A stretch of DNA of 64,000 nt from Schizochytrium sp. TIO01 (lineage: Eukaryota > Protista > Bigyra: Labyrinthulomycetes). The notes beneath the pieces were generated by a model. That model did not search any database. It was given only the letters and a program-made list of their open reading frames with translations, and was not told the origin of the DNA. Position 1 is the first letter of the stretch. The number at the start of each line of letters is the position of its first letter. A program made the position numbers and the translations under genes. The stretch lies in NCBI GenBank assembly GCA_004764695.1, contig SMSO01000034.1, positions 2,170,001 through 2,234,000 of the forward strand, given 5' to 3'. Positions 47,167 to 58,630 of the stretch are shown here, piece by piece.

Positions 47167-47788
47167 AAAAGCATGTTCATCCTTCGTGGACAAGCACAGA
47201 AATACTATTGAAATAGATGTATCAAGAAACACCATAGTAAAATTATAAAGAAATGTATCCACCCAATTTATTGTTATTATTGCCACGAAATTCTGCAACC
47301 TTTTTAGATAAATAAAATTTATTATTAATATAATAATTAAAGAGTTTTTTTTTAAGTTAAAAAAACAAAAACAAAAAAACAAAAGTAAAATATAAAGTAA
47401 AATCTAGAGGCATCAGAAATAACTTCCATACCGCCCAGAGTTTCACAGTATGCGTATCTACGTGTCTTAGATTTGGAATGTACAATATAGTCCTCACATA
47501 CTCGAATGAGATCTCTGGAAATTGACATTGGATTCAAGATCACATAAGTGCATACAAACATGGATCAACCCAAGGAATGGAAGTCTTTAGCAACATGCTA
47601 AGATTGAATCAGAACTACTTCAGATCTAACCCATCCTATTCTTTCGAGTGCGTACTCTGAGATCTTTTGGTAACCGACCGCCTTTCCTCTGCTCGTACTG
47701 TTGCACAGTCTTCAGAGGGTGGACACTCCTTTCAAGTAATCTTAGGATAAACTGTAGGGTTGTACTATACCTCATCAAGGCCGCTTTG

Positions 47789-47843
47789 CTGGATCTCAAA
47801 CTTGAGAGCGCATTCTCAGGCTGCGATCCATGTCAATTGGACT
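47789..47843 (+). promoter_or_regulatory. Shared upstream dyad motif, copy 4 (perfect TCTCAA-AC-TTGAGA dyad), with second box TCAATTGGAC
   Basis: ctggatctcaaacttgagagcgcattctcagg...tcaattggact, about 323 bp upstream of ATG 48112. Confidence 0.7.
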
Positions 47844-48111
47844 GCCTCACAAATACAATTAAGCGAGCGCGGAGATAAGCCTCTGCCACGCACGGTCTTG
47901 ATTGATGAGTCAGCCGCGCGCTGATTGGAGATGACAGCAGGCCCGAATTAAGGCTGACGCTTGAGTACAGCAGAACCTCAACCAACTTCGATTGGAGAGC
48001 TCCTTTCTTTAGCAGAAGCAAACCCCATTGAGAAAAAAGCTCAGTATAGGCTTCCAAGCTCGTGCTCTCTCGAAACAACAGACGATTCCTGCTTTAGCTT
48101 GTGCGCAAGCA

Positions 48112-49830
48112 ATGTGTTCGAACTCTCGCGAGACGCTCCGCAACCAAGGCTCGGCAGGTGAACCGGAAGGCGAGCCGATAGACCAGCAAGAACAAGGAAA
48201 AGAACAAGGAAAAGAACAAGAACGAGAACAAGAACAAGGAAAAGAACAAGGAAAAGAACAAGAACGAGAACGAGAACAAGAACGAGAACGGGGACACCAC
48301 TCTGGACAGGAACTCGGGCAACAGCCAGAAAGCGAGCTAGCGCCAGAGCAAAGCTCTTGGTGGAGATCGCTCGTTTGCCTTTACCATGCCCTTGTCGCAG
48401 CGCTGGTGATTGCGATCCATGGTGCAGTGCAACGACTTCCCGACTGGCCTCCTGCGAAACAGCGAAAGCTGCAGGCGCAACTGGAAGAGCAAGAAGAACG
48501 ATGGAAAGAGCGGCTGGCGCAACATGAGAAGGAAGCCGAGGCGCAGCGCGGAGACGCTCTGCAGAAGGCGCAGGGAGGCTGGCAAGAGAAAGAGGAAGAA
48601 CTGAAAGCGCAGCTAGGTGATCTTCAGCGGCAACATGCTGAGTTGCAAGGAGCAGAAGCATCACTGAGAAAGGAGCTCCATGACCGGGAAGAATCTTGGC
48701 GAAAGACTGACACAAAGTCTCAACAAGAGATAGGAAAACACCAGCAGCAATTGCAGGATTTTCAAAGCAAAGTAGACTCGTTGAATAGCAAGTGTCAGCA
48801 GCAGCAAGGAGATCAGCAGAAGCTGCAAGATCATGCAAAAGAATTGGCAACGAATATAGAGGAAATGGAAGCCCGTGAAGCAGAACTGAACCGTCTCGTA
48901 GAAGATTGGGTCGAGAAAGGAAAAGAGTGGGACGAGAAAGTATCAGAATGGAACGGGTATCAAACGGATCTGATTGATCAACATCGGCAAGAGCAGGAGC
49001 AGTGGCGCAGCGAACTTGAACAATTGCAAAAGCAGCACGAACAAGAGAGGCAAGAGCAGCAAGAGCAGCACGAACAAGCGCAGGAGCAGTGGGAGGCCAA
49101 GGTAGTGACCCTAAAGGAGCAGTACGAACAAGAGAGGCACGAGCAACAAGAGCAGCACGAACAAGCACAGGAGCAGTGGCAAAGTAAAGTAGAGACACTA
49201 AAGGAGCAGCACAACCAAGAGAGGCAAGAGCAGCAAGATCAGCACGTGCAAGATAAACAGCAGTGGCAAGCCAAAGTAGATACATTAAAGGAGCAGCAAA
49301 AAGAGCAGAAGGAGCAGCACCTCCAAGATAAACAGGAGTGGCAAGAGAAAGTAGTTCAGTTGCGCGAGCAGCAACGAGAGCAGCTCGAGCAGCAGTGCAA
49401 AGAAAAGGAGGAGTGGCAAGAGAAGGTAGCGGAGCTGCGAGAGCAGCAACGGCAACAGCTGGAGGAGCATCGACAAGAGTCGCTGCAGTGGCGAGAAAAA
49501 GAAGCAGAGTTGCAGCAGCAGCTGCTGCAGCAGCAAGAACGACAGCAGCAGAAGAAGAAAGATATCGAGTGGCAAAAGAAAGAAACAGCATGGCAAAAGA
49601 CAGAAGTTGCACGACAGAGGCAAGAAGCAGAACAGAAACGTCGGCATGAACAACAGCAACTGCAAGCAACCATAGAAGAATTGCGAGAACAGCAACAACA
49701 GCAACAACAGCAACACCGGCGAGAGCAGCTGCAGTGGCAAGAGAGAGAGACCAACTGGGAACAGCAGCAATACCAGCACCAGCAGCAGCTGCAGCAGTGG
49801 CAAGATAGAGAAAAAGAGTTCAAAGACCAG

Positions 49831-49863
<33 letters not shown>

Positions 49864-50250
49864 ATGAAAGAGTTAGAGTGGCAGAAGAAAAAAACCGATT
49901 TTCATAAGAAGGAAGTGGAACGACACAAAATAGAAGCAGAACGACAACAGCAGAAACAACAGCAAGAGTGGCAAGGAAAACTAGCAAGACTGCGAAAGGA
50001 ACAGCACGAACAGCAACAAAAATACACGCAGGAACAGAACAAGCTGCAAGAGATGGTAGGCGAATTGCAAAAGCAACGTCAAGAGCAGCAGGAGAGTAGG
50101 AAACCTAAAAAGACAGAACGGGGAAAGAAAGCAAACCAACAACAACTAACCCAATCAGCGTCTGCCCGTGCACCAAAGGGTAAGCTCCAGACTATAAGGT
50201 CGTTTTCCTCAAGTGATGAATCCACCTCTGGCCTAGAAGCAAAGCATTAG
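48112..50250 (+). CDS. Q/E/K/W-rich coiled-coil family member 3 (intact; no GPRGG module)
   Basis: First ATG at 48112. EQGK/ER repeats; SSWWRSLVCLYHALVAALVIAIHGAVQRLPDW; long coiled coil with 29- and 25-aa repeats. Confidence 0.8.
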
Positions 50251-50453
50251 TAAAATTCTCAATGCGACACCAGTCAAATCTGGCACAAATCAAGTCAAAA
50301 AATAAGTAAATATAAATAAATAAATATAAAAACGTTTTTAACTTTAACTTAATTAAAAAAATTTAAAATGTTTTAAATTTAAATATAAAATTCCCTCAAT
50401 ATTCAAAGGTGCTGTCTAACCAGGACCAAGGATACGATTATAGAGTGACTAAC

Positions 50454-50485
50454 CTGGATCTCAAACTTGGGAGCGCTCTCTTGGA
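50454..50485 (+). promoter_or_regulatory. Shared dyad motif, copy 5 (orphan; no family gene downstream)
   Basis: ctggatctcaaacttgggagcgctctcttgga, near-consensus. Confidence 0.65.
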
Positions 50486-50910
50486 TGATCCAGTTCGTTG
50501 AGCTGTCTAGCCCATTAGGTATGTATAGACCGGAAAGATAGCCAACGGATTGGCGCAACTTCACTTTTACCATTCTAACTAGTTAAGGGCTGCTCGAATC
50601 AATACTTTTACATGGACAAATACCCAAGCCAAAACCTACTTGGCTCTTTGGTACCTCATTCTTATCAATCTTACTGCTTGGTTTTGTAAACTCAACTTGG
50701 AATTAGATCTCTTCTTAAAAGAAAGAAAAGAGCATCCGTAAAAAAATTTAGCTCAAGGAGCTAAAATCTGCATTTAACTTTTAAAGCTAGGTAGAACTTT
50801 AACATCTAACGCTTAAGTGCACTTTAGAAGCAAAAAGACCTTACTGTTATAAAACGGAAACTAAGAATACAAGTCTAAACTTGATTTATACTATGTATTA
50901 TGAGTGAAAT

Positions 50911-51800
50911 CTACTCAGTCTTCGGCTCACTCAGGCTCTTGCCAATGCGATCGTGCGAGACTAACTTTGACTTATCCTCAATATTGTCGTACATGGAATA
51001 GTCAATGTATCCATCAGGGGACCCAAACTTGTAAAAAGAATCGCGATGATAAGGAAGTCCTTCACGAATGCGGTGGACTATGTCTGGATTGGAGATAAAC
51101 CAGCGTCCAAATGCAATAGCATCATAAAGCCCGCCCTGTACGGCATCGTTGCTAGTGATGAGCGTAACTCCACCAGTGCCAATGGTGGGACCGCGATAGA
51201 GTTTGCGGAAGTGCTGAGGGTTGTGAAGACCCATCGCATTGCCTGGATCCACCTCGTGGTCGTCAACAAGCGCATTCCAGCGTGGTTCCATGAGAAGAAG
51301 ATATACCAGGTCGTAGGAGTCTAAGAGTCGGATCACATAGGAGTAGAGCTCCAAGCATTGCAGTCTTCACATCCATAATACCGCCTAGTATCTTCAAATT
51401 GAGGCGAGATGCGTACACCAATACGCGCAAACGGCATCTCCTCGCCCACAGCAGCAAGGACTTCTCTCAAGAACCTGCACCGGTTCTCCAAACTGTCTCC
51501 ATAGTTGTCCATACGGTTGTTGGAGTTGTTGTTCAGGAACTGGTCGACGAGGTACCCATATGCAGCGTGGATCTCGATTGTATCAACTCCAGCTTCGCGC
51601 GCATTTCTTGCCCCGCGTCTGTAGTCATCCACGATGCGTGAGATATCCTCTTCTGTTAGTGCACGTCGCTTAGAATAGTCCAGTGACTCGCCTGTTATGG
51701 TTCCAAATGTTTCGCCCGGCGCTGGGATGTCACTTGGACCTACCGTCGGCATGCGCTCAGGATCAGCCATAGGATGGCGACCCATGCTGTCATGTACCAA
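50911..51800 (-). pseudogene. Old Yellow Enzyme / NADH:flavin oxidoreductase pseudogene (5'-truncated, frameshifted)
   Basis: RALTEEDISRIVDDYRRGARNAREAGVDTIEIHAAYGYLVDQFL..NNRMDNYGDSLENRCRFLREV..IGVRISP, then in another frame DAIAFGRWFISNPD..GYIDY. The N-terminal part of the barrel is missing and the catalytic HxxN/H is HAAY. Confidence 0.9.
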
Positions 51801-53371
51801 AAATATCTTGTTACATTCAGAGGTACTAGTACTGAGTCTTTTCCAAGTACCTCATAGAAAAACGTAATGCACATCCAAGTGAGAGTGATTCCGGGCAAAA
51901 AAGATAACCCGATCCTCTGACTCCAAGCTCGGTCTTTATTTACGCAAGAACCGACTAGGAGACCTTTTCTTGGCTCCTCCCCGCTCATATCACATGCCTT
52001 ACAAAGCCAAACATTCACTCCTGCTATGACTTCTGAATTCTATAGAACCTAGGCACCTCTCCTTTTCGCAAAACTCCTTAAGATTTGGTTCCCATCGACA
52101 TAGAAACAGCGAAACCCTATACGAAACCCTCCGAAGACATTCTTCACTCGCTTGGATGGCTGGATAGTCGGGTGGGACATTGAAGTTCGCGTCTTTGTTT
52201 TCAATTTTCAATATTTGTTTCTGTTTCGTCCACGGGAAATGAGCGTTTTGAAAACTGAAACAAGAATAATTAGTCTCATTCGTTCCATAATACTGTGGCC
52301 ATGAGAATGCCCTTCGCTTGTCTGAATAGTGCCTAAGTTTTAGCTTAATGAGAATAGAACAGTTGCATAGAGCCCTTAAGTAGGAAAGTACTCTTAAATA
52401 TGGCTCATATCAATCAAGGGAAAATGTTAGCGAAGGTTTTGGAGAACAGAACGTGGAGACAATTACTACGTACTTAGTAGAAAAGATAATGTATAATTAG
52501 AACGGAAGAATTATGTGAGCATTCGTGAAACGAAGTATAAGTTGAAGTATTTCTCTTGCCTCTGGTCTATAAGTAGAACAGGGCAGTTCTTCAATTTAAG
52601 TATTCTGTTTAAAGTAAATATAAAGCGTGAGTAGTATAAAAGCTGTTCCAGTAGCCTAAGTCATAGAAGGGCTGTTTCATAATAAGAACGTAGTCTGTAA
52701 GACAATCCACAACAGCAACAGCACAAAATATTTAGTACTCGTGTTTCCATAAGTAGGTAATAGCAAAGTTGTTCCATAAGTAGAACAAAGATCTAAATTA
52801 TCAGTGTTCCTCTCAGTAAACGTACTTTGTGAGACTGAGAGTAGTATAGTAAAGCTGTTACCTTTAAAAAAGAGTAATGCAGCATTGTTAAGTTTAAATG
52901 TGTCTTTGCAGTGAACTAATAACATAGAGTTTAAGAAGAACGCATCAATAACATGAAGTTTATGAAGAACAGTATCGCTAACATTGATTAAACAACAACA
53001 CCAGGTAATGTTAACAAGAATATAATTAAATATAAAATCTATCTAACGAATAATTGTGGGCTAGCATAAATTGAGGACGTCCGTAGATAATTCTGTGAGG
53101 CCGGAAACTAGGCAAATGGCATACGAAAAAAGGAAGGATTAGATTTAAGCTACTTCGGAGAAGTTTGTTGGCGGAGTTCGCGTCTACATACACCCCTGGA
53201 TGATAAACTTCAATATAATTAATTTGAAATTGCGGAATATGTAGGCTTCAATGCGGCAACTAAAATTGCGTGACCTCTCGCTAATATCCTAATTTCAAAC
53301 ACACTACTGGAGATCTCTTCACTGGGTGCGAATTTACAATGATAATATCACGATGGAATGCTTTGCCTCAG

Positions 53372-55444
53372 TCACCGTTTGATATATTGCTTATTTCCAT
53401 TGCTGTTGATGAAATACTCTCCACCACGAGGACCGGTATGGATCTCTCGGCTGTTTCCAGTCCCAGCGCTAGCTTTGTTACTGGGACTGGGGTACGATGG
53501 CGACTGTGTTGGTGTCACAGGAGCAGGCTGAGGTGAAGACTTACGTAGATACTGCTTGTTTCCACTGCTATTGTAATAATACTCTCCACCAAGAGGACCG
53601 GTATGGATCTCTCGGCTGTTTCCAGTCCCAGCGCTAGCTTTGTTAATGGGACTGGGGTACGATGGCGACTGTGTTGGTGTCACAGGAGCAGGCTGAGGAG
53701 AAGACTTACGTAGATACTGCTTGTTTCCACTGCTATTGTAATAATACTCTCCACCAAGAGGACCGGTATGGATCTCTCGGCTGTTTCCAGTCCCAGCGCT
53801 AGCTTTGTTAATGGGACTGGAGTACGAGGGCGACTGTGTTGGTGTCACAGGAGCAGGCTGAGGTGAAGACTTACGTAGATACTGCTTGTTTCCGTTGCTG
53901 TTGATGTAATACTCTCCACCAAGAGGACCGGTATGGATCTCTCGGCTGTTTCCAGTCCCAGCGCTAGCTTTGTTAATGGGACTGGAGTACGAGGGCGACT
54001 GTGTTGGTGTCACAGGAGCAGGCTGAGGTGAAGACTTACGTAGATACTGCTTGTTTCCATTGCTGTTGATGTAATACTCTCCACCAAGAGGACCGGTATG
54101 GATCTCTCGGCTGTTTCCAGTCCCAGCGCTAGCTTTGTTAATGGGACTGGAGTACGAGGGCGACTGTGTTGGTGTCACAGGAGCAGGCTGAGGTGAAGAC
54201 TTACGTAGATACTGCTTGTTTCCATTGCTGTTGATGTAATACTCTCCACCAAGAGGACCGGTATGGATCTCTCGGCTCTTTGCACCGGTGCCAGTACTGT
54301 AATCACAAGCAAAAGTTTCTATGGAATAATGGAAAGAAAGTGGTTCTACATCTGATGGCGATGAAGATAATTGGCGCCTCATTTGTGAACGTGCTGGCGA
54401 GCGCAATACCGGTGACTTAAATTCAGGTTCATTTGACTCATGTGGTTCATCTTTAGGCACTAGTTCCTGTGAAAGCTTGTGTACTTCTTGTTCCCTCTTT
54501 GTTCTTTCCTCTTGCAGATCTTTTTTCTGCTGGGTTTGTTGCTGCTGCCACTTTGCTTTTTCCTCTTGCAGATCTTTTTTCTGCTGGCTGAGTTGCTGCT
54601 GCCACTTTGTTTTTTCCTCTTGCAGATCTTTTTTCTGCTGGGTTTGTTGCTGCTGCCACTTTGCTTTTTCCTCTTGCAGATCTTTTTTCTGCTGGCTGAG
54701 TTGCTGCTGCCACTTTGTTTTTTCCTCTTGCAGATCTTTTTTCTGCTGGGTTTGTTGCTTCTGCCACTTTGCTTTTTCCTCTTGCAGATCTTTTTTCTGC
54801 TGGCTGAGTTGCTGCTGCCACTTTGTTTTTTCCGCTTGTAGTTCTTTTTTCTGCTGGCTGAGTTGCTGCTGCCACTTTGTCTTTTCCTCTTGCAACAACT
54901 GCTTTTCCTGCTGCAGATCGTCGTTCTGCTGGCTTTGTTGCTTCTGCAACTTTATCTTTTCGAATTGCAGCAGCTGCCTCTGCTGTTCTAGCGGAGGGAT
55001 TAGTCTACGTTCCATCCGTCGTTCTTTTTCTTCCCTTTGCAACTCTTGCTTTTCGTGATCGAGTCGAATCTGCTGCCGTTCAATTTCCATTAGGCATTCA
55101 TTCGTTTTGTCTTCCAACTCCTTCTGTTTGCTTTGTCGCTGTTGCATGTCTGTCTCTTTTCCTTCAAGCGCCAGTCTTTCAAGCTGGAGTTCTTGCAGTT
55201 GCTGCTGATACCATTCATGTTGTTTTGCAAACAGCCACTGAGAAAGCTGTCGTAATATCCAATGATACGCGCCTGACCAAATTAAAACAAAAGCGTGAAG
55301 AGTGTCAACAAGAAATGCCCACCACGCACTGCGCTCTTCTAATGCTGCGCTATTATCTGAAGTATGTTCTTGCTTTTGGTTCTGTTGATGTTGATATCCT
55401 AATTCTCTCCTGTGCCCCTTCTGCTTAAGTATGGTGTAACGCAT
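53372..55444 (-). CDS. Q/E/K/W-rich coiled-coil family member 4 with six C-terminal GP(R/L)GGEYYINSNGNKQY modules (PBCV basic-adaptor-like)
   Basis: SAWWAFLVDTLHAFVLIWSGAYHWILRQLSQWL; 18-aa coiled-coil repeats; 55-aa tandem repeats at the C-terminus. Confidence 0.85.
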   Translation of the reverse strand: MRYTILKQKGHRRELGYQHQQNQKQEHTSDNSAALEERSAWWAFLVDTLHAFVLIWSGAYHWILRQLSQWLFAKQHEWYQQQLQELQLERLALEGKETDMQQRQSKQKELEDKTNECLMEIERQQIRLDHEKQELQREEKERRMERRLIPPLEQQRQLLQFEKIKLQKQQSQQNDDLQQEKQLLQEEKTKWQQQLSQQKKELQAEKTKWQQQLSQQKKDLQEEKAKWQKQQTQQKKDLQEEKTKWQQQLSQQKKDLQEEKAKWQQQQTQQKKDLQEEKTKWQQQLSQQKKDLQEEKAKWQQQQTQQKKDLQEERTKREQEVHKLSQELVPKDEPHESNEPEFKSPVLRSPARSQMRRQLSSSPSDVEPLSFHYSIETFACDYSTGTGAKSREIHTGPLGGEYYINSNGNKQYLRKSSPQPAPVTPTQSPSYSSPINKASAGTGNSREIHTGPLGGEYYINSNGNKQYLRKSSPQPAPVTPTQSPSYSSPINKASAGTGNSREIHTGPLGGEYYINSNGNKQYLRKSSPQPAPVTPTQSPSYSSPINKASAGTGNSREIHTGPLGGEYYYNSSGNKQYLRKSSPQPAPVTPTQSPSYPSPINKASAGTGNSREIHTGPLGGEYYYNSSGNKQYLRKSSPQPAPVTPTQSPSYPSPSNKASAGTGNSREIHTGPRGGEYFINSNGNKQYIKR
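53375..54276 (-). repeat. 165-bp (55-aa) coding tandem repeat, about 5.5 near-identical units
   Basis: gaccggtatggatctctcggct recurs at 53431, 53596, 53761, 53926, 54091 and 54256 (period 165). Confidence 0.95.
54500..54895 (-). repeat. 54-bp (18-aa) coding tandem repeat QEEK(T/A)KWQQQ(LS/QT)QQKKDL, about 7 units in alternating variants
   Basis: Direct reading of the translation and DNA (ttcctcttgcagatcttttttctgctgg recurring). Confidence 0.9.
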
Positions 55445-55746
55445 CGTTCCTTTAAAACTCGACGTGAGGTTTGTCTGTTTTCAATGGGAGCGTAAGCCTG
55501 GATGCGCCTTGCCGAAGCTGAGGCACTCGAATGAGCTTTGTTTTGATTTCTCGTGTTTACAACTAAGGCGGCGCGCCCTTTACAAGTACGTGGCTTGGAA
55601 CGCAAGCTCCTGATCTGATTCAGATCTGCTGTCGTCAAAGACGTCTATCTGCTTAACCTTGGGCAGACTAAATAGTCAATTCCGAGAGAAAGTCAATTCT
55701 TCTTTGTAGCATATTTTGTGAGGAGCTCGATTGGTATATTAGATAA

Positions 55747-55777
55747 TCCAAGAAAGCGCTCCCAGGACTGAAGTCCA
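55747..55777 (-). promoter_or_regulatory. Shared upstream motif, copy 6
   Basis: Reverse complement tggacttcagtcctgggagcgctttcttgga, about 333 bp upstream of ATG 55444. Confidence 0.65.
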
Positions 55778-55839
55778 TAATCGTTAGTTCAATATTAGTT
55801 GAACCTAGCATCATAGTGGATCTAGGAGCACTCCTTCAA

Positions 55840-55841
<2 letters not shown>

Positions 55842-55871
<30 letters not shown>
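55842..55871. repeat. Poly(T)30 / poly(A)30 homopolymer
   Basis: Direct reading. Confidence 0.9.
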
Positions 55872-55878
<7 letters not shown>

Positions 55879-56506
55879 ATAAAAGTTTGCTTGTTTCCTT
55901 CTGTTAAAAGGCTGTGTTGGTTTCTTTCCTTTCGGAACAAGAATTCTACCACAAAGTCAAAGCAAACATATCTCAATTTGGTGAAAAGAAAAAAATGCAA
56001 TGAAAAAATTAGAAAAGAAGGGGGGGAGTTAATTTTAATTAAAATTATAAAATAAACAATCAAGTTTAAAATCAATATCACAAATCCAATATCATTCGTT
56101 AGAGAGTTTGAGATGGTTTCAGTCCGTCATATTGAATGAACCCGGCAAGTACATTGTTAATATAAGACTAAGCTTGGTGCAGATGGAGAGTACTTCTGGC
56201 GCACTTCAAATAGCTTGTAATACCTTTTCATCACTCAATTTTATCTGAGCAAACAATTTCAAATATATTGAAAAATCTGGTTTACAGAATCTGGCAGGGT
56301 GTCAGAAAAGTCAAATTATATATCATTTATCTCACTAAAGAGGAGGAACAGCCGTGTCATTTTGCATTTGATAGTTGTATTACTGTTGCATATGCCTATT
56401 GTGTATCAAAGAACAAATTGGCATTCAAATATCTTAGTTTGAAGCTACCTAAGTTAATGCTTGTAAGAGTAAAGGTGTATTCCCATGGTATTACGTTTTG
56501 CTCCAT

Positions 56507-58630
56507 TTACTCTTTGGGCTTGGGCTGGTACTGCTTCTTTCCACTGCTGTTGATATAATATGTCCCGCCACGTGGTCCAGTGAAGATTTCCCGGCTGTTG
56601 CCAGACGTTGTATTACTATCACTGGCGAACAATTGTGATCGAGGCGGGGTCACAGGAGCAGGCTCAGGTGAAGACTTGCGTAAATACTGCTTGTTTCCAC
56701 TGCTGTTGATGTAATACTCTCCACCACGAGGACCAGTATGGATCTCTCGGCTGTTTCCAGTCCCAGCACTAGCTTTGTTACTGGGACTGGCGAACAATTG
56801 CGATCGAGGCGGAGTTACAAGTGCAGGCTCAGGTGAAGACTTGCGTAAATACTGCTTGTATTCACTGCTGTTGATGAAATAGTCTCCACTACGAGGACCG
56901 GTATGGGTCTCTCGATTGCGAGCAGTGGCGCCAGTACTGCTTCCAGAACTAGAGCTGTCAGTACTACCATCCAATGAATATGACTCACCAAATAATGATG
57001 ACGTCCTTTTGCTCTGTTGTGGCATGGGCTGTGGCACGTACGATCCAAAGTACACCTCAGAGGCAGGTGAAAACAAATTATTGTACTTCATACTACCGCT
57101 GAAGTTGAACTGATCTGATCCATAAGGTGATCCAAAATTAAAACCTGGCTTCTCCTGACTATAAACATTATCACCAAAGCTAATGCCGAGGCCTGACAGG
57201 CTGGATGCAGTATTATGGGATCCTTGCGATTTATTCAGCATTTTCAGTGATTCATTATATCTTCTTTGCAACTGATCCTCTTTTTCATGCCACTCCTTCT
57301 CTTTCTCTTGCCACTCAACCTCTTGTTCATGCCAGACAATTTTTTCCTTCTCCCACTTCATTCTTTCCTCTAGGAGGCATTCCCTTTCCTTGTCTAGCTC
57401 CTTATACAGTTTGCTTTTTTCTTGATGCAATTTGTCATCGAGAAGCTGCCATTCTCCCTGTAAGAGTTCCTCTAATTGGCTTTGCTGCTGCAGCCACTTT
57501 GTCTTTTCCTCTTGAAACAACTGTTTCTCCTGCTGAAAATCGTCTTTCTGCTGGCTTAGTTGCTGCTGCCACTTTGCTTTTTCCTCTTGCAACAACTTTT
57601 TTTCCTGCTGCAAATCGTCTTTCTGCTGGCTAAGTTTCTGCTGCCACTTTGTCTTTTCCTCTTGCAACAGCTGTTTTTTCTGCTGCAAATCGTCTTTCTG
57701 CTGGCTTAGTTGCTGCTGCCACTTTGCTTTTTCCTGTTCCAGATTTTTTTTCTGTTCGGTTTGTTGCTGCTGCCATTGTACCTTTTCCTCTTGCAACAAC
57801 TGTTTTTCCTGCTGCAGGTCTTCTATCTGTCGGATTTGATGCTGCCACTTTGTCTTTTCCTCTTGCAACAACTGTTTTTCCTGCTGCAAATTGTCTTTCT
57901 GCTGGCTTAGTTGCTGCTGCCACTCTGTCTTTTCTTTTTCCCACTGTTGCTTTACCTGCGCCTGCCTTTCCTGCTGTTGTCTAAGTTGCTCCATTGAAAG
58001 TTTCGTATTGGCATGCAAGTCCTCCCGTTGCTGACTGAGCTTCTCCAGGTCTTGGTTTCTTTGCCTTTCCCAGGTTGTCGCGTATTCTTCGAACTGGAGC
58101 TGCATTACCACTTGCTGGCTGCTCTGCTGCTGAAGGTCTTCCTCTTGTTGAGCTAAACGTCGCTTCCATAGTTTCTCTTGCTCCCTAAGTTGCCGTTCGA
58201 AACGCTCCTGGTCCAGTTCCTTCTGTTGCCTTAGTCGCCTTTCCAATTGCTCTACTTGCAACTGCAACTCCTGCTGGAGCAGATCATCTTCTTGCTGCTG
58301 CTCTTTTTGTTGCTGTCTTTGCTCGTGCTGGCCCGGTTGGTGTTGCTGTTTGGGAGATAGCCAATGGTGTAGCCGTCGTGATCTCTCATGCAAGGCGCCC
58401 AGCAAGATTGAAATTAAAGCGACCAAAATCCACCCGACGCCTTGCTTTAACGCTAGCTCGTTTGATGGATTTTGAGGTTCTTCAGGTTCTTCAGATTGTT
58501 CGTGGGACGGCTCATCGTACGTTCCCTTATCGCCCGGGTCGTCCCCGTTTTTTGGTTCGTGCTCATGCTCGACATCCGGTTCTTCCTCATCACCCTGCTC
58601 GTATTCCGGGAGCAGCGCCTCGGCCATCAT
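56507..58630 (-). CDS. Q/E/K/W-rich coiled-coil family member 5 with three C-terminal GPRGG modules
   Basis: First ATG at 58630. Acidic N-terminus; GVGWILVALISILLGALHERSRRLHHWL; 25-aa repeats; TGPRSGDYFINS, TGPRGGEYYINSSGNKQY, TGPRGGTYYINSSGKKQY. Confidence 0.85.
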   Translation of the reverse strand: MMAEALLPEYEQGDEEEPDVEHEHEPKNGDDPGDKGTYDEPSHEQSEEPEEPQNPSNELALKQGVGWILVALISILLGALHERSRRLHHWLSPKQQHQPGQHEQRQQQKEQQQEDDLLQQELQLQVEQLERRLRQQKELDQERFERQLREQEKLWKRRLAQQEEDLQQQSSQQVVMQLQFEEYATTWERQRNQDLEKLSQQREDLHANTKLSMEQLRQQQERQAQVKQQWEKEKTEWQQQLSQQKDNLQQEKQLLQEEKTKWQHQIRQIEDLQQEKQLLQEEKVQWQQQQTEQKKNLEQEKAKWQQQLSQQKDDLQQKKQLLQEEKTKWQQKLSQQKDDLQQEKKLLQEEKAKWQQQLSQQKDDFQQEKQLFQEEKTKWLQQQSQLEELLQGEWQLLDDKLHQEKSKLYKELDKERECLLEERMKWEKEKIVWHEQEVEWQEKEKEWHEKEDQLQRRYNESLKMLNKSQGSHNTASSLSGLGISFGDNVYSQEKPGFNFGSPYGSDQFNFSGSMKYNNLFSPASEVYFGSYVPQPMPQQSKRTSSLFGESYSLDGSTDSSSSGSSTGATARNRETHTGPRSGDYFINSSEYKQYLRKSSPEPALVTPPRSQLFASPSNKASAGTGNSREIHTGPRGGEYYINSSGNKQYLRKSSPEPAPVTPPRSQLFASDSNTTSGNSREIFTGPRGGTYYINSSGKKQYQPKPKE

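Noticed and set aside
41944-49863. Long antisense and alternate-frame ORFs rich in Cys/Leu/Ala (e.g. 41944..42987, 43792..44658, 48041..49669, and similarly 54477..55058)
   Set aside because: Shadow frames of CAG/CAA/GAG-rich coding repeats, which lack stops on the opposite strand; no independent coding signal.
53375-54276. Regular repeat array considered as CRISPR-like
   Set aside because: Units are fully repeated at 165 bp with no unique spacers, lie in frame within a CDS, and the context is eukaryotic with no cas genes.
55842-55871. A30 tract on the minus strand as a possible retrocopy poly(A) tail of member 5
   Set aside because: No target-site duplication seen; the family is intronless anyway; A/T tracts are common in these spacers.
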